A stretch of 64,000 nucleotides of DNA from Methanoregulaceae archaeon (GTDB lineage: Archaea > Halobacteriota > Methanomicrobia > Methanomicrobiales > Methanospirillaceae). The notes beneath the pieces were generated by a model. It did no database searches. It was not told the origin of the DNA and saw nothing but the letters and a program-made list of their open reading frames with translations. Within the stretch, counting starts at the first letter, position 1. Each line of letters begins with the position of its first letter. Of this stretch, positions 19,469-27,501 are shown piece after piece. The position numbers and the translations under genes are program-made. The stretch lies in the NCBI GenBank assembly GCA_050178135.1, contig JBFXGJ010000002.1:14407-78406 (forward strand), given 5' to 3'.

Positions 19469-20305
19469 GTGAATGGTAATAGAATGCAGCGGAATCGGCA
19501 GGTCGTGCATGCCGCACCAGGATGCCCGGTCGTCCTGGTGCATGGCTGGAACAGCCACCCGGGGGTCTGGAACCGTCTTGCACTTCGATTGGAGGCAGCA
19601 TCGCGCCCCTGCTGGCGGTTCGACCACTCCCAACTGGTCACTCAGGGCCTCCGTGGGCGAGCGGCGGCACTGGCGTCCTTCGTCGAAGCGCAGCGAGACG
19701 AGACCGGTTACGACGGCCACATTGACTTCGTCTGCCACTCGTTCGGGACGTGCATCGCCAGGCAGTACCTGGAGGTGGCCGATGGATCCCTCCGACGAGA
19801 GCGAGTTCGTCGGCTGATCGGGCTCGGTCCGCCGAACAACGGTTCGGCCCTTGCCGAGCTCTTCAGCGACCCCAGGCAGGGCCCGGTGATCATCCGGCGG
19901 CTTGCCGGCGTCTTCGTCCCCGAGGGGTTCGATCCCTTCGCCGACCCGATCGTCCAGGACATCCGTCCGAACGCAGAAGCCATGCAGCGCCTCCGCACCG
20001 CAGGACTGCGCCCCGACATCCTCTACGGTGTGATCGTCACGGGGAATCCCGGGGGTGATCCGGGATTCTTCCCTTGGTTCGGGGGACGAACATGGGCACA
20101 GGACGGCGCGGCGGAGCTGGCAGTCCTGGAGGGGGATGGATGTATCGCCCACGCCGAGTCTGCCCTCCCCGGGGTGCCGCTCGAGTTGATCGTCCCCGAG
20201 CCGGACAGTCCTGTTCCCCCGCTCCATTACTGCCACATCTACCTGCCGCGCAACCCGCGTGTGATCGACCGGGTGATCGCCCAGCTATCCACCCCCTTGC
20301 TCTGA
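19469..20305 (+). CDS. alpha/beta hydrolase (lipase/esterase-like)
   Basis: Motifs VVLVHGWNSHPGVW and nucleophile-elbow-like FVCHSFGT. Start codon uncertain. Confidence 0.55.
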   Translation: MNGNRMQRNRQVVHAAPGCPVVLVHGWNSHPGVWNRLALRLEAASRPCWRFDHSQLVTQGLRGRAAALASFVEAQRDETGYDGHIDFVCHSFGTCIARQYLEVADGSLRRERVRRLIGLGPPNNGSALAELFSDPRQGPVIIRRLAGVFVPEGFDPFADPIVQDIRPNAEAMQRLRTAGLRPDILYGVIVTGNPGGDPGFFPWFGGRTWAQDGAAELAVLEGDGCIAHAESALPGVPLELIVPEPDSPVPPLHYCHIYLPRNPRVIDRVIAQLSTPLL

Positions 20306-20380
20306 TCTGGGCCGGCCTTAACCCGGGAAATTTCTGAACCTTTTTCCCTGTGCCCCGCCACCGTAGTACAGGGGGTCCTA

Positions 20381-22690
20381 TTGAGGCAGGACGAGACAGG
20401 AATCGATGGCAACGATACGGCGCCCGGGACCGGTGCGTCTCTCTCTCCGGACGCCTGCGCTATCATCGCTGCCTTTCCCCACCCGGTCTTTCTCTACGGA
20501 AACGACGGCGTGATCATCTCTGCGAGCCCTGCGGCCATCCGCATGACCGGTGGTTCTCCGGTCGGCCTGTCGTTTGAACAGGTGATCGAACACCTGGCGA
20601 TCCGTCATCTCGATGGAATTCCTCTCTCCCCCGTCGAGCTCCCGGTGGCGCAGGTGCTGACAGGGGCGGATATCGTCAATAGTCCGTTGCTGATCACCGC
20701 CGCCGATGGTGCCATCTTCTCGATCCAGGCCTCTGCCTCTCGCCTCCTGCGCGAGGGGGTCGCGGTCGGGGTTCTCTCGGCATGGTCCGATGTCACCGAC
20801 CTCGCCGAGGCCCTCGATCTCGAACTCCAGCGACGGAACGAGGCGGAGAGCCGGGCGCAAGAGCACGAGGAGATGGCAGAGGCCCTGTCTCAACAGAACG
20901 AGGAACTTCAGGCGCAGGAAGAGGAACTCCGCCAGCAACTCGATGCGCTTGCCCTCAGCCGCGAGGCTCTCTGGGAGAGCGAACAGCGTGTCCGCCGCAC
21001 GCTCGAACGCTTGCTCTCCCCGGGGGACGATCTGCCGGACCTGGAACTGGTCGATCTCCTCGACCTCGGCGCGATGCAGAACCTGCTTGATGAGTTTCAG
21101 CAGGTCACTGGGATAGAGGCCGGCCTCGTTGATCCCCAGGGGCGTATCGTGGTCGGGACCCGGTGGCAAACGTGCTGTGCGGACTTTCACCGGGTCAATC
21201 CCGAAACCCTCCGGAACTGCATCGAAAGTGACCTGGTGCTCTCGGGCGAAATCCCGCCAGGCGAATCCCGGTTGTACCGGTGCAGGAACAACCTCTGGGA
21301 CATCGCCTCACCGATCATGCTCGGACGTCGCCGTCTCGGGACACTCATCTCCGGCCAGTTCTTCTTTGCGGACGAGGAGCCAGACGAACGCATCTTCAGG
21401 GAGCAGGCGCGACGGTATGGGTTCGACGAAGAGGCATACCTCGCGGCGATCCGGGCAATTCCCCGTCTTCCGCGGGCGACCGTGGAGGGCGGGATATCCT
21501 TTCTCCAGAGTCTTGCCGGGCTCATCTCCTCGCTCGGGTACAGCAACCTCAGGCTCGCCCGGGCGCTCATCGAACGGGACGCCCTGACCGCGACGCTTGA
21601 GAGGAGCCGTGAGCACCTCTCCCGCGCCGAGGAGATCGCGCATCTGGGATCCTGGGAACTGGACCTGGTCACCCACACGCTCTCCTGGTCTGACGAGGTC
21701 TACCGCATCCTGGGCCTTCAACCCGGTGAACGCGAGCCGAGCTTCGATGCGCTGCTCGATGCCGCCCACCCGGATGACCGAGAGGCGGTAGCGACCGCGT
21801 ACTCGGACTACCATTTCGATGGACAGGACGGTTTCGTGCTGGAGCACCGGATCGTGCGGCACGGGAACGGTGAGGTCCGGTGGGTCCACGAGAAGTGCGA
21901 CCCCCAGCGAGATGCGAACGGTCGATCAATCCGACTGGTGGGGCTCTTCCATGATATCACCGACCGCAAGCAGGTCGAACAATCCCTCCAGGAGTATGCT
22001 GCCCGCCTGCGAGCGAGCAACGAGGAACTCCAGCGTTTCGCGTACGTTGCGTCCCACGACCTCCAGGAACCCCTGAGGTCTATCGTCAGTTTCAGCCAGC
22101 TTGTCGACCGGAGGTACCGGGGCCAGCTCGACGCGGATGCAGATGAGTACTTCGGCTACATCGTCGAGGGTGGCCAGCGAATGCAGGCATTGATCCAGGA
22201 TCTCCTCCTGGTCTCGCGGGTGGAGACGGGGGCCCGACCGATGGAGCCGGTGGACGCCGGAGCGGTGATGAAGGACGTCCTCCACTCCCTCGGTGTCTCA
22301 CTGGACCTGGCGGGCGCCACGGTAGTAGTGGACCACCTCCCGACGGTGATGGCGGACCCGTCTCAGCTGGAACTGGTGTTTCTCAACCTGGTGGGAAATG
22401 CGCTCAAGTACCACCGCCCCGGTATCCCGGCATCGATCCACGTCCGGGCCGAGCGGGAGGGTTCGTTCTGGCGGTTCTCGGTCGAGGACAACGGCATCGG
22501 TATCGAGCCCGCGTACTTCGACCGGATCTTCGTGATGTTCCAGCGCCTCCACACCCGGGACGAGTACGAGGGGACGGGGATCGGGCTTGCGATCGTCAAG
22601 AAGGTGGTCGAGCGGCACGGGGGCGAGGTCCGCGTCGAGTCGGTCCCGGGAGAGGGGAGCACGTTCTCCTTCACCCTGCCAGCGGCGTGA
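20381..22690 (+). CDS. sensor histidine kinase with PAS, PocR-like and PAS domains
   Basis: HisKA H-box SHDLQEPLRSI and HATPase_c G-box GTGIGLAIVKKVVERHGG. Central PocR-like block MQNLLDEFQQVTGIEAGLVDPQGRIVVGTRWQTCCADF. Confidence 0.8.
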   Translation: MRQDETGIDGNDTAPGTGASLSPDACAIIAAFPHPVFLYGNDGVIISASPAAIRMTGGSPVGLSFEQVIEHLAIRHLDGIPLSPVELPVAQVLTGADIVNSPLLITAADGAIFSIQASASRLLREGVAVGVLSAWSDVTDLAEALDLELQRRNEAESRAQEHEEMAEALSQQNEELQAQEEELRQQLDALALSREALWESEQRVRRTLERLLSPGDDLPDLELVDLLDLGAMQNLLDEFQQVTGIEAGLVDPQGRIVVGTRWQTCCADFHRVNPETLRNCIESDLVLSGEIPPGESRLYRCRNNLWDIASPIMLGRRRLGTLISGQFFFADEEPDERIFREQARRYGFDEEAYLAAIRAIPRLPRATVEGGISFLQSLAGLISSLGYSNLRLARALIERDALTATLERSREHLSRAEEIAHLGSWELDLVTHTLSWSDEVYRILGLQPGEREPSFDALLDAAHPDDREAVATAYSDYHFDGQDGFVLEHRIVRHGNGEVRWVHEKCDPQRDANGRSIRLVGLFHDITDRKQVEQSLQEYAARLRASNEELQRFAYVASHDLQEPLRSIVSFSQLVDRRYRGQLDADADEYFGYIVEGGQRMQALIQDLLLVSRVETGARPMEPVDAGAVMKDVLHSLGVSLDLAGATVVVDHLPTVMADPSQLELVFLNLVGNALKYHRPGIPASIHVRAEREGSFWRFSVEDNGIGIEPAYFDRIFVMFQRLHTRDEYEGTGIGLAIVKKVVERHGGEVRVESVPGEGSTFSFTLPAA

Positions 22691-22786
22691 TCTCCTGGAT
22701 GAGCCACGAGTGGCGCTGGCACAACCTCCGGTACTCGTGAGCCGGCCGCTTCACGCGGGAGGGTAACCGGTCCGTTGATGGATGGT

Positions 22787-23206
22787 TCAGACGCCCGCTT
22801 CCCACCCCTGGCCCATGTCGACGATCGGTCGCACCTCGGTCACCTCGAAGGTGACGAGGGCGTGGATCATCGCCGCGGCCGCCTCCCCAACGGCCCCGGC
22901 GATCTGACGTCGGTACTCGTCGAAGGCCGGCCCGGACGTGGCCAGGTCCAGCATCTTTAGGTACACCCGGACGCCCTTCCAGTCCATCAATCCCTGTCCC
23001 GGTTCCATGATCATGTAGACCGCGTTCGGGTTCTGTTTCAGGTTATCGAGCGTCCGGTTCGAGCCCGATCCGAGCACCACGGTCTTTTCGTCGGTCATCC
23101 TGGGTGACCCCATTACGGCGACGTCGACCGTGCCGTCACGTGCAGCGGTGCTGATCGTCCCGATTCGGGGCGCCTGGTTGAAGTATTCCATCAAAGATTT
23201 CGTCAT
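22787..23206 (-). CDS. pyridoxamine 5-phosphate oxidase-like FMN-binding split-barrel protein
   Basis: ORF 22787-23284. ATG 23206 gives MTKSLMEYFNQAPRIGTISTAARDGTVDVAVMG, similar to the PNPOx-like family. Confidence 0.5.
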   Translation of the reverse strand: MTKSLMEYFNQAPRIGTISTAARDGTVDVAVMGSPRMTDEKTVVLGSGSNRTLDNLKQNPNAVYMIMEPGQGLMDWKGVRVYLKMLDLATSGPAFDEYRRQIAGAVGEAAAAMIHALVTFEVTEVRPIVDMGQGWEAGV

Positions 23207-23392
23207 ACTCCTGTCCTCAGTTCTCTCTCCATTCGGCTCTCGTTTCCTGTTGTTAAATCTTGCGATAAGGCCGTCCAGGTTCACCTCGATCTCCAGACCG
23301 GCCGTGTAACGTATTCTCGGTCTCGCGCCGCGTGTATCCCTCTCAGATCCTCACCCTTATTGGCGAGGAGCCCCCCATCATTGGATCGAGAC

Positions 23393-23728
23393 ATGAGCGC
23401 AGAGTCACGAAAAGAAATCGGGGGCAAGGTCCTCAACCTCCCCGAACTCGTCGAGTACCGATCGGGCACGGTTGCGAGCAGGATGATCGTCAACAACCCG
23501 GCGGGGTCGATCACGATCTTCTCGTTCGACGAGGGGGAGGGCCTCTCCGAACACACGGCCCCGTACGACGCGGTGGTCACGATCCTGGACGGCGAGACGG
23601 AGGTCTGGGTCGATGGCGTCACCCACCAGATGAAGGCGGGCGAGACGATCATCTTCCCGGCGAACGTCCCGCACGCTCTCTCCGCGGTGACCCCGTTCAA
23701 GATGTCACTCACCATGATCCGGGGGTGA
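23393..23728 (+). CDS. cupin domain protein
   Basis: ORF 23360-23728 with cupin motif region SEHTAPYDAVVTILDGE...GETIIFPANVPHAL. Confidence 0.55.
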   Translation: MSAESRKEIGGKVLNLPELVEYRSGTVASRMIVNNPAGSITIFSFDEGEGLSEHTAPYDAVVTILDGETEVWVDGVTHQMKAGETIIFPANVPHALSAVTPFKMSLTMIRG

Positions 23729-23733
23729 GCCGG

Positions 23734-24009
23734 GTGGGAAAGGAGGAGGAAGGAGTCTACTGCACCATCTGCGGGGGCATGGTGAGCCAGGCTCCCGGGG
23801 TCCGCCAGGTCCTGATCGACGGAAAACCGACCGGGATTACCGGGCTCGACGAGTGTATCGCGGTGGTCAGGGAGCTCGGGCTGAATACCGATGCGGAGAT
23901 CGCCGACGCACTCCTCGCCCGGCTCTCGAAGGGCAACTATGTCCCGACCAGGAAGCGCGAGGCCTACGCCGCCGCGCTCCTCGCTGAGTACCGGGCGTCC
24001 ACCGGGTAG
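23734..24009 (+). CDS. hypothetical small protein (CxxC near N-terminus)
   Basis: C-terminal part of ORF 23332-24009 with high GC3. Possible GTG start at 23734 (VGKEEEGVYCTICGG...). Start uncertain and no family recognised. Confidence 0.25.
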   Translation: MGKEEEGVYCTICGGMVSQAPGVRQVLIDGKPTGITGLDECIAVVRELGLNTDAEIADALLARLSKGNYVPTRKREAYAAALLAEYRASTG

Positions 24010-24039
24010 ACAACGGGGTCGGCTCTGCTGGCGGATGGT

Positions 24040-24480
24040 TCAGGTTGTTGCCGGGGCGGCGACTGCAACCTGCCCGAGGCCCGGAAACCGGGCGATGAAC
24101 GCATCTGCCACACTCCGTTCCAGATACAGTCTCTTGTCGATCACCTCGCGCTGACCCTGGAGCAGCCCGACGGCGAGGAGCACGGCGAGCGTGTCGGTGC
24201 TCAGGATGAAGCATCGCTCCCCGTCGTCCAAGTCAACGAAGAAGAGCAGTGGAAGCCTGGTGCGTTGCCGGAGCACCGGCGGGAGCAGGGCGGCGAGATC
24301 CCGGAGGATGAAAGGATCGAACCGGTATTCCGAACGATCGCGGCAGATGGTCGAGGGGATCCGCTCGGCAAGGAGATGCTCGAGCAGTTTTCTCTCCAGC
24401 GCGATCCCACCGTTGACCTTTTTCAGCATCCTGTCCAGGTGCGTTCTTGTCGCCGGCGGGCCGGCCTGAACCCGGGGCAT
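24040..24480 (-). CDS. conserved archaeal hypothetical protein (possibly UPF0216/DUF61)
   Basis: 146-aa ORF. The pattern LERKLLEHLLAE...RLPLLFFVDLDDGERCFILS resembles my recollection of DUF61 proteins. Confidence 0.4.
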   Translation of the reverse strand: MPRVQAGPPATRTHLDRMLKKVNGGIALERKLLEHLLAERIPSTICRDRSEYRFDPFILRDLAALLPPVLRQRTRLPLLFFVDLDDGERCFILSTDTLAVLLAVGLLQGQREVIDKRLYLERSVADAFIARFPGLGQVAVAAPATT

Positions 24481-24524
24481 GGCTGGAAGAGAACTCTGTA
24501 GACCGGGGTGATATGCTTTCTCTT

Positions 24525-25553
24525 TTATGCTTCTCTTCCCGTTCTGCCATTAACAGGGAGTCGTCGAACACTTTTCCGTGAAAAGACCGCTCGTGCAACC
24601 TCTCCAGGCACCGGCCTGAACCCGGACGCACCGTGCGTGAACCCAACGAAGACTGTCGGTCCGCCCGGCCACTCTACCCGGAGTCGGACACGCCCGACCG
24701 GCCCCAGGGGTTCGACCGTCTCGACCATGCCGGTCAGTGCGATTGACTCCGGCAGGGTCGCGTCGTCGACCGACGCGATGGAGACGTGTGTGGGGGAGAC
24801 TGTGCACCATCCTTCTCTCTCCGGGTCGATGAGGGCCTCCCGTACAAGGTTCGGCACACCGAGTGCCCGTGCGGCCCGCAGGCTGGGCGGTTCCTCGACC
24901 AGATCTGCATAGATCCCATCCGCCACGACCTCGCCCCCCTCGAGGACGATCGCCCGGTCTGCCCCGGCGGACGCCTCGTCGGCCGCGTGCGTCACCTCGA
25001 GCACGGTCAGGTCAAGGGTGCGGCGGAACTGGAGGAGTTCGGCGCGGCAGACGGCCCTCGTCGACGGGTCGAGGGCTGCGAACGGCTCGTCCAGGAGGAG
25101 GAGGTCAGCTCCGGCGACGAGCGCCCGTGCGATCGCCACCCGCTGCTGCTCGCCCCCCGAGAGCGTCCCCGGTCGGCGGTCGCGAAGCGCTCCGCACCCG
25201 AGACGCTCGAGCACCGCCTCGGCTTCGTACCGCCGCTCTCTTGTTCCGACACCGCGCATCCGGAGCCCGAACGCCACGTTCTCGATCACCGAGAGGTGGG
25301 GGAAGAGGCTGTAGTGCTGGAAGACGAGCCCGATCCGGCGGGACTCGGGCGGAAGATCTGTCGCCTCGGTCTCCCGGAGGTGGATCGACCCTCCATCGAG
25401 CGGGACGAGACCGGCGATCGCCCTGAGAAAGAGGCTCTTCCCCGCCCCCGAGGGTCCGATGATCAGGCAGTGCTCTCCTCGCGTGAGCGAGAACCGGTCG
25501 ATGGTGAGGAGGAAGTGACCGGCTCTCACCCGGCACCCATCACAGCGCAGCAT
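24525..25553 (-). CDS. wtpC: tungstate/molybdate ABC transporter ATP-binding protein with C-terminal TOBE-like domain
   Basis: ORF 24525-25613, ATG 25553. Walker A GPSGAGKS, signature LSGGEQQRVAIARAL, Walker B LLLLDEPF. Overlaps the wtpB stop by 14 nt. Confidence 0.75.
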   Translation of the reverse strand: MLRCDGCRVRAGHFLLTIDRFSLTRGEHCLIIGPSGAGKSLFLRAIAGLVPLDGGSIHLRETEATDLPPESRRIGLVFQHYSLFPHLSVIENVAFGLRMRGVGTRERRYEAEAVLERLGCGALRDRRPGTLSGGEQQRVAIARALVAGADLLLLDEPFAALDPSTRAVCRAELLQFRRTLDLTVLEVTHAADEASAGADRAIVLEGGEVVADGIYADLVEEPPSLRAARALGVPNLVREALIDPEREGWCTVSPTHVSIASVDDATLPESIALTGMVETVEPLGPVGRVRLRVEWPGGPTVFVGFTHGASGFRPVPGEVARAVFSRKSVRRLPVNGRTGREA

Positions 25554-26367
25554 CGGGCCTCCATAGGTGCAGGGCTGCCCGGCGCAGTATGAAAAGGACC
25601 ATTCCGCAGACAACGAGGAGAACGACGGCGATCGCGACCGTGTCGGCGAGGCCGTACTGCGTAAATCGGGTATAGATCAGGGTCGAGATGACAAGTGGAT
25701 GATAGGCGACCATCACCACGGCGGCGAACTCACCGACCGCTCGCCCCCAGGCGACGACGGCCCCGGACAGGCACTCGCGCCCCGCAAGGGGAAGGGCGAC
25801 ATGCAGAAAGGAGGTGCCGGGGCCGGCGCCGAGCGTTCGGGCGACCTCCTCGAGCTCGAACGGGACCTTGGCGAACCCGTCGCGGGCGGCCCCCACGTAA
25901 TAGGGGATGCCGACGAACAGCATGGCCGCCACGATCCCGGGGACGGCATCCTCGAACGAGAGTCCCACACCACCCAGGAGGGACCCCAGGGGGCCGCTCC
26001 GCATGAAGACAAGGTAGACCAGGAGGCCGGCGACCGTGTGGGGGAGGATGAGCGGGAGGTCGACGAGGGCTTCGACGAGTGGGAGTGCCCGGCTCCGCGT
26101 CCGGCTCATCAGGTAAGCAAGCGGGGTGCCGAGGAGGGCGAGGATCCCGACGGCGAGTGCCGCCGATCCGAACGTGATGCCGATCGCGGACGCGACTTCG
26201 CCGTCCAGCGCCGCCGTCGCGAGCGCCCCGGGGTCTTCTGCAGCCTGGATGCCCAGGGTGACAAGCGAGAGAAGGACGAGGCCGACCAGGAGGCTGCTGG
26301 CGAGCAGGAGGGCCCCGCGGGCCGATCGATGGGTGCCCTGCGACGCGATTCCCGCCATGACGATCAT
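25540..26367 (-). CDS. wtpB: tungstate/molybdate ABC transporter permease
   Basis: Six-TM permease of ModB/WtpB type (EAARTLGAGPGTSFLHVALPLA-type EAA loop), directly upstream of wtpC. Confidence 0.75.
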   Translation of the reverse strand: MIVMAGIASQGTHRSARGALLLASSLLVGLVLLSLVTLGIQAAEDPGALATAALDGEVASAIGITFGSAALAVGILALLGTPLAYLMSRTRSRALPLVEALVDLPLILPHTVAGLLVYLVFMRSGPLGSLLGGVGLSFEDAVPGIVAAMLFVGIPYYVGAARDGFAKVPFELEEVARTLGAGPGTSFLHVALPLAGRECLSGAVVAWGRAVGEFAAVVMVAYHPLVISTLIYTRFTQYGLADTVAIAVVLLVVCGMVLFILRRAALHLWRPDAAL

Positions 26368-26400
26368 GATCGGGTTCGGTCTTGTTGCTGATAGTGGAAT

Positions 26401-26424
26401 GGGTTAATTTTACTTAATTAACCC
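26401..26424. promoter_or_regulatory. perfect palindrome GGGTTAATT-N6-AATTAACCC in the wtpB / secreted-protein divergent intergenic region (candidate operator)
   Basis: gggttaatt ttactt aattaaccc has 9-bp arms that are exact reverse complements. Lies 50-73 nt upstream of the start at 26474. Confidence 0.4.
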
Positions 26425-26473
26425 TGGGAATAGATCGAAATCGACTAATGGGATCCCGGGAGTACCTGTCCCC

Positions 26474-27367
26474 ATGATGGTAGGAAGGAGCCCCCTGGTG
26501 ATACTGGCCCTGGCAATCCTGCTCGCCATGGTCGTGCCGGGAGCAGCGGCGCAGACGACCTCACTCGAGCTGATCCGCTACAGCTGGGACAACACCACGG
26601 TCGCCGCGAGTACGACCGTCAACATCTCGTGGATGAAATCCAACCTGCCGGTGATGGGTGACGGGGTGACTCATTACCACTTCCAGGGTCCCACGTTCAT
26701 CTCGACCGACCTCTGGAATTTTGCCGAGGACGTCAACCTTGACAAGATCAACGAGACGATCAAGGGTACCGCCATCAGTGACCTCTGTGAGCTGGTCGGC
26801 GGGATGCGCCCCGGTGACGAGGTCCAGGTGCGTGCGGCGGACGGGTTCAAGAAACGTCTCAACTACACCAACGTCTACGCGCCCCCCGCCCGCCAGGGGC
26901 CGCCTGTCCTCGCCTGGTGGAATGCCCGGGACGGCGAGGCATACAAGGACGGCATGCGCCTCTTCTTCCTCGCGGACACCTCTTCAAACCCGAGGGGCTG
27001 GCACGTCTTCGGCAACGAAGACATGAGGACCTGCCTCTCCCCCTCGTACTGGCACTACTTCTGGGACGGCGAGACGAACTACCCTTCCGCCGCTGGTCTT
27101 TCGATCTCACACGTCGCACGGCTGGAGATCTTTCCTTCATCGATTCCGATCCCCGTACCTCCTCAACAGGTGGCGCCGGGTGACTGGAACAGGGACGGGA
27201 AATACGAGGACGTGAACGGCAACGGGCGATCGGACTTCGCCGACGTGGTCCTGTTCTTCAACCAGATGACCTGGATCGCGGCGAACGAGCCGATCTCCGC
27301 CTTCGACTTCAACAACAACAGCCGGATCGACTTTGCCGACGTTGTGCGCCTCTTCGAGAAGCTCTGA
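26474..27367 (+). CDS. secreted protein: shared N-module (SUOX-fold-like) plus C-terminal dockerin-like domain
   Basis: Signal peptide MMVGRSPLVILALAILLAMVVPGAAAQ. N-module motifs NLPVMGDGVTHY, DLCELVGGMRPGDE, GMRLFFLADTSSNP, HVFGNEDM. C-terminal duplicated Ca-loop pattern DVNGNGRSDFADVV / DFNNNSRIDFADVV. Confidence 0.8.
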   Translation: MMVGRSPLVILALAILLAMVVPGAAAQTTSLELIRYSWDNTTVAASTTVNISWMKSNLPVMGDGVTHYHFQGPTFISTDLWNFAEDVNLDKINETIKGTAISDLCELVGGMRPGDEVQVRAADGFKKRLNYTNVYAPPARQGPPVLAWWNARDGEAYKDGMRLFFLADTSSNPRGWHVFGNEDMRTCLSPSYWHYFWDGETNYPSAAGLSISHVARLEIFPSSIPIPVPPQQVAPGDWNRDGKYEDVNGNGRSDFADVVLFFNQMTWIAANEPISAFDFNNNSRIDFADVVRLFEKL

Positions 27368-27375
27368 GTCAAGTT

Positions 27376-27397
27376 GATTAATTTAATTTAATTAACC
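27376..27397. promoter_or_regulatory. second copy of the same palindrome architecture (GATTAATT-N6-AATTAACC)
   Basis: gattaatt taattt aattaacc has one mismatch to a perfect 8-bp inverted repeat with the same 6-nt spacer. Lies 105 nt upstream of the start at 27502. Confidence 0.35.
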
Positions 27398-27501
27398 TGA
27401 AAAATAAACAATAATCTTTTTACCGCACGCGGACGAGTCTTCTGTCGTTCTGATCTTGGCGAAGCGGCGATCTACGGTCTCCGCTCCCGACCAGAGGAGT
27501 T

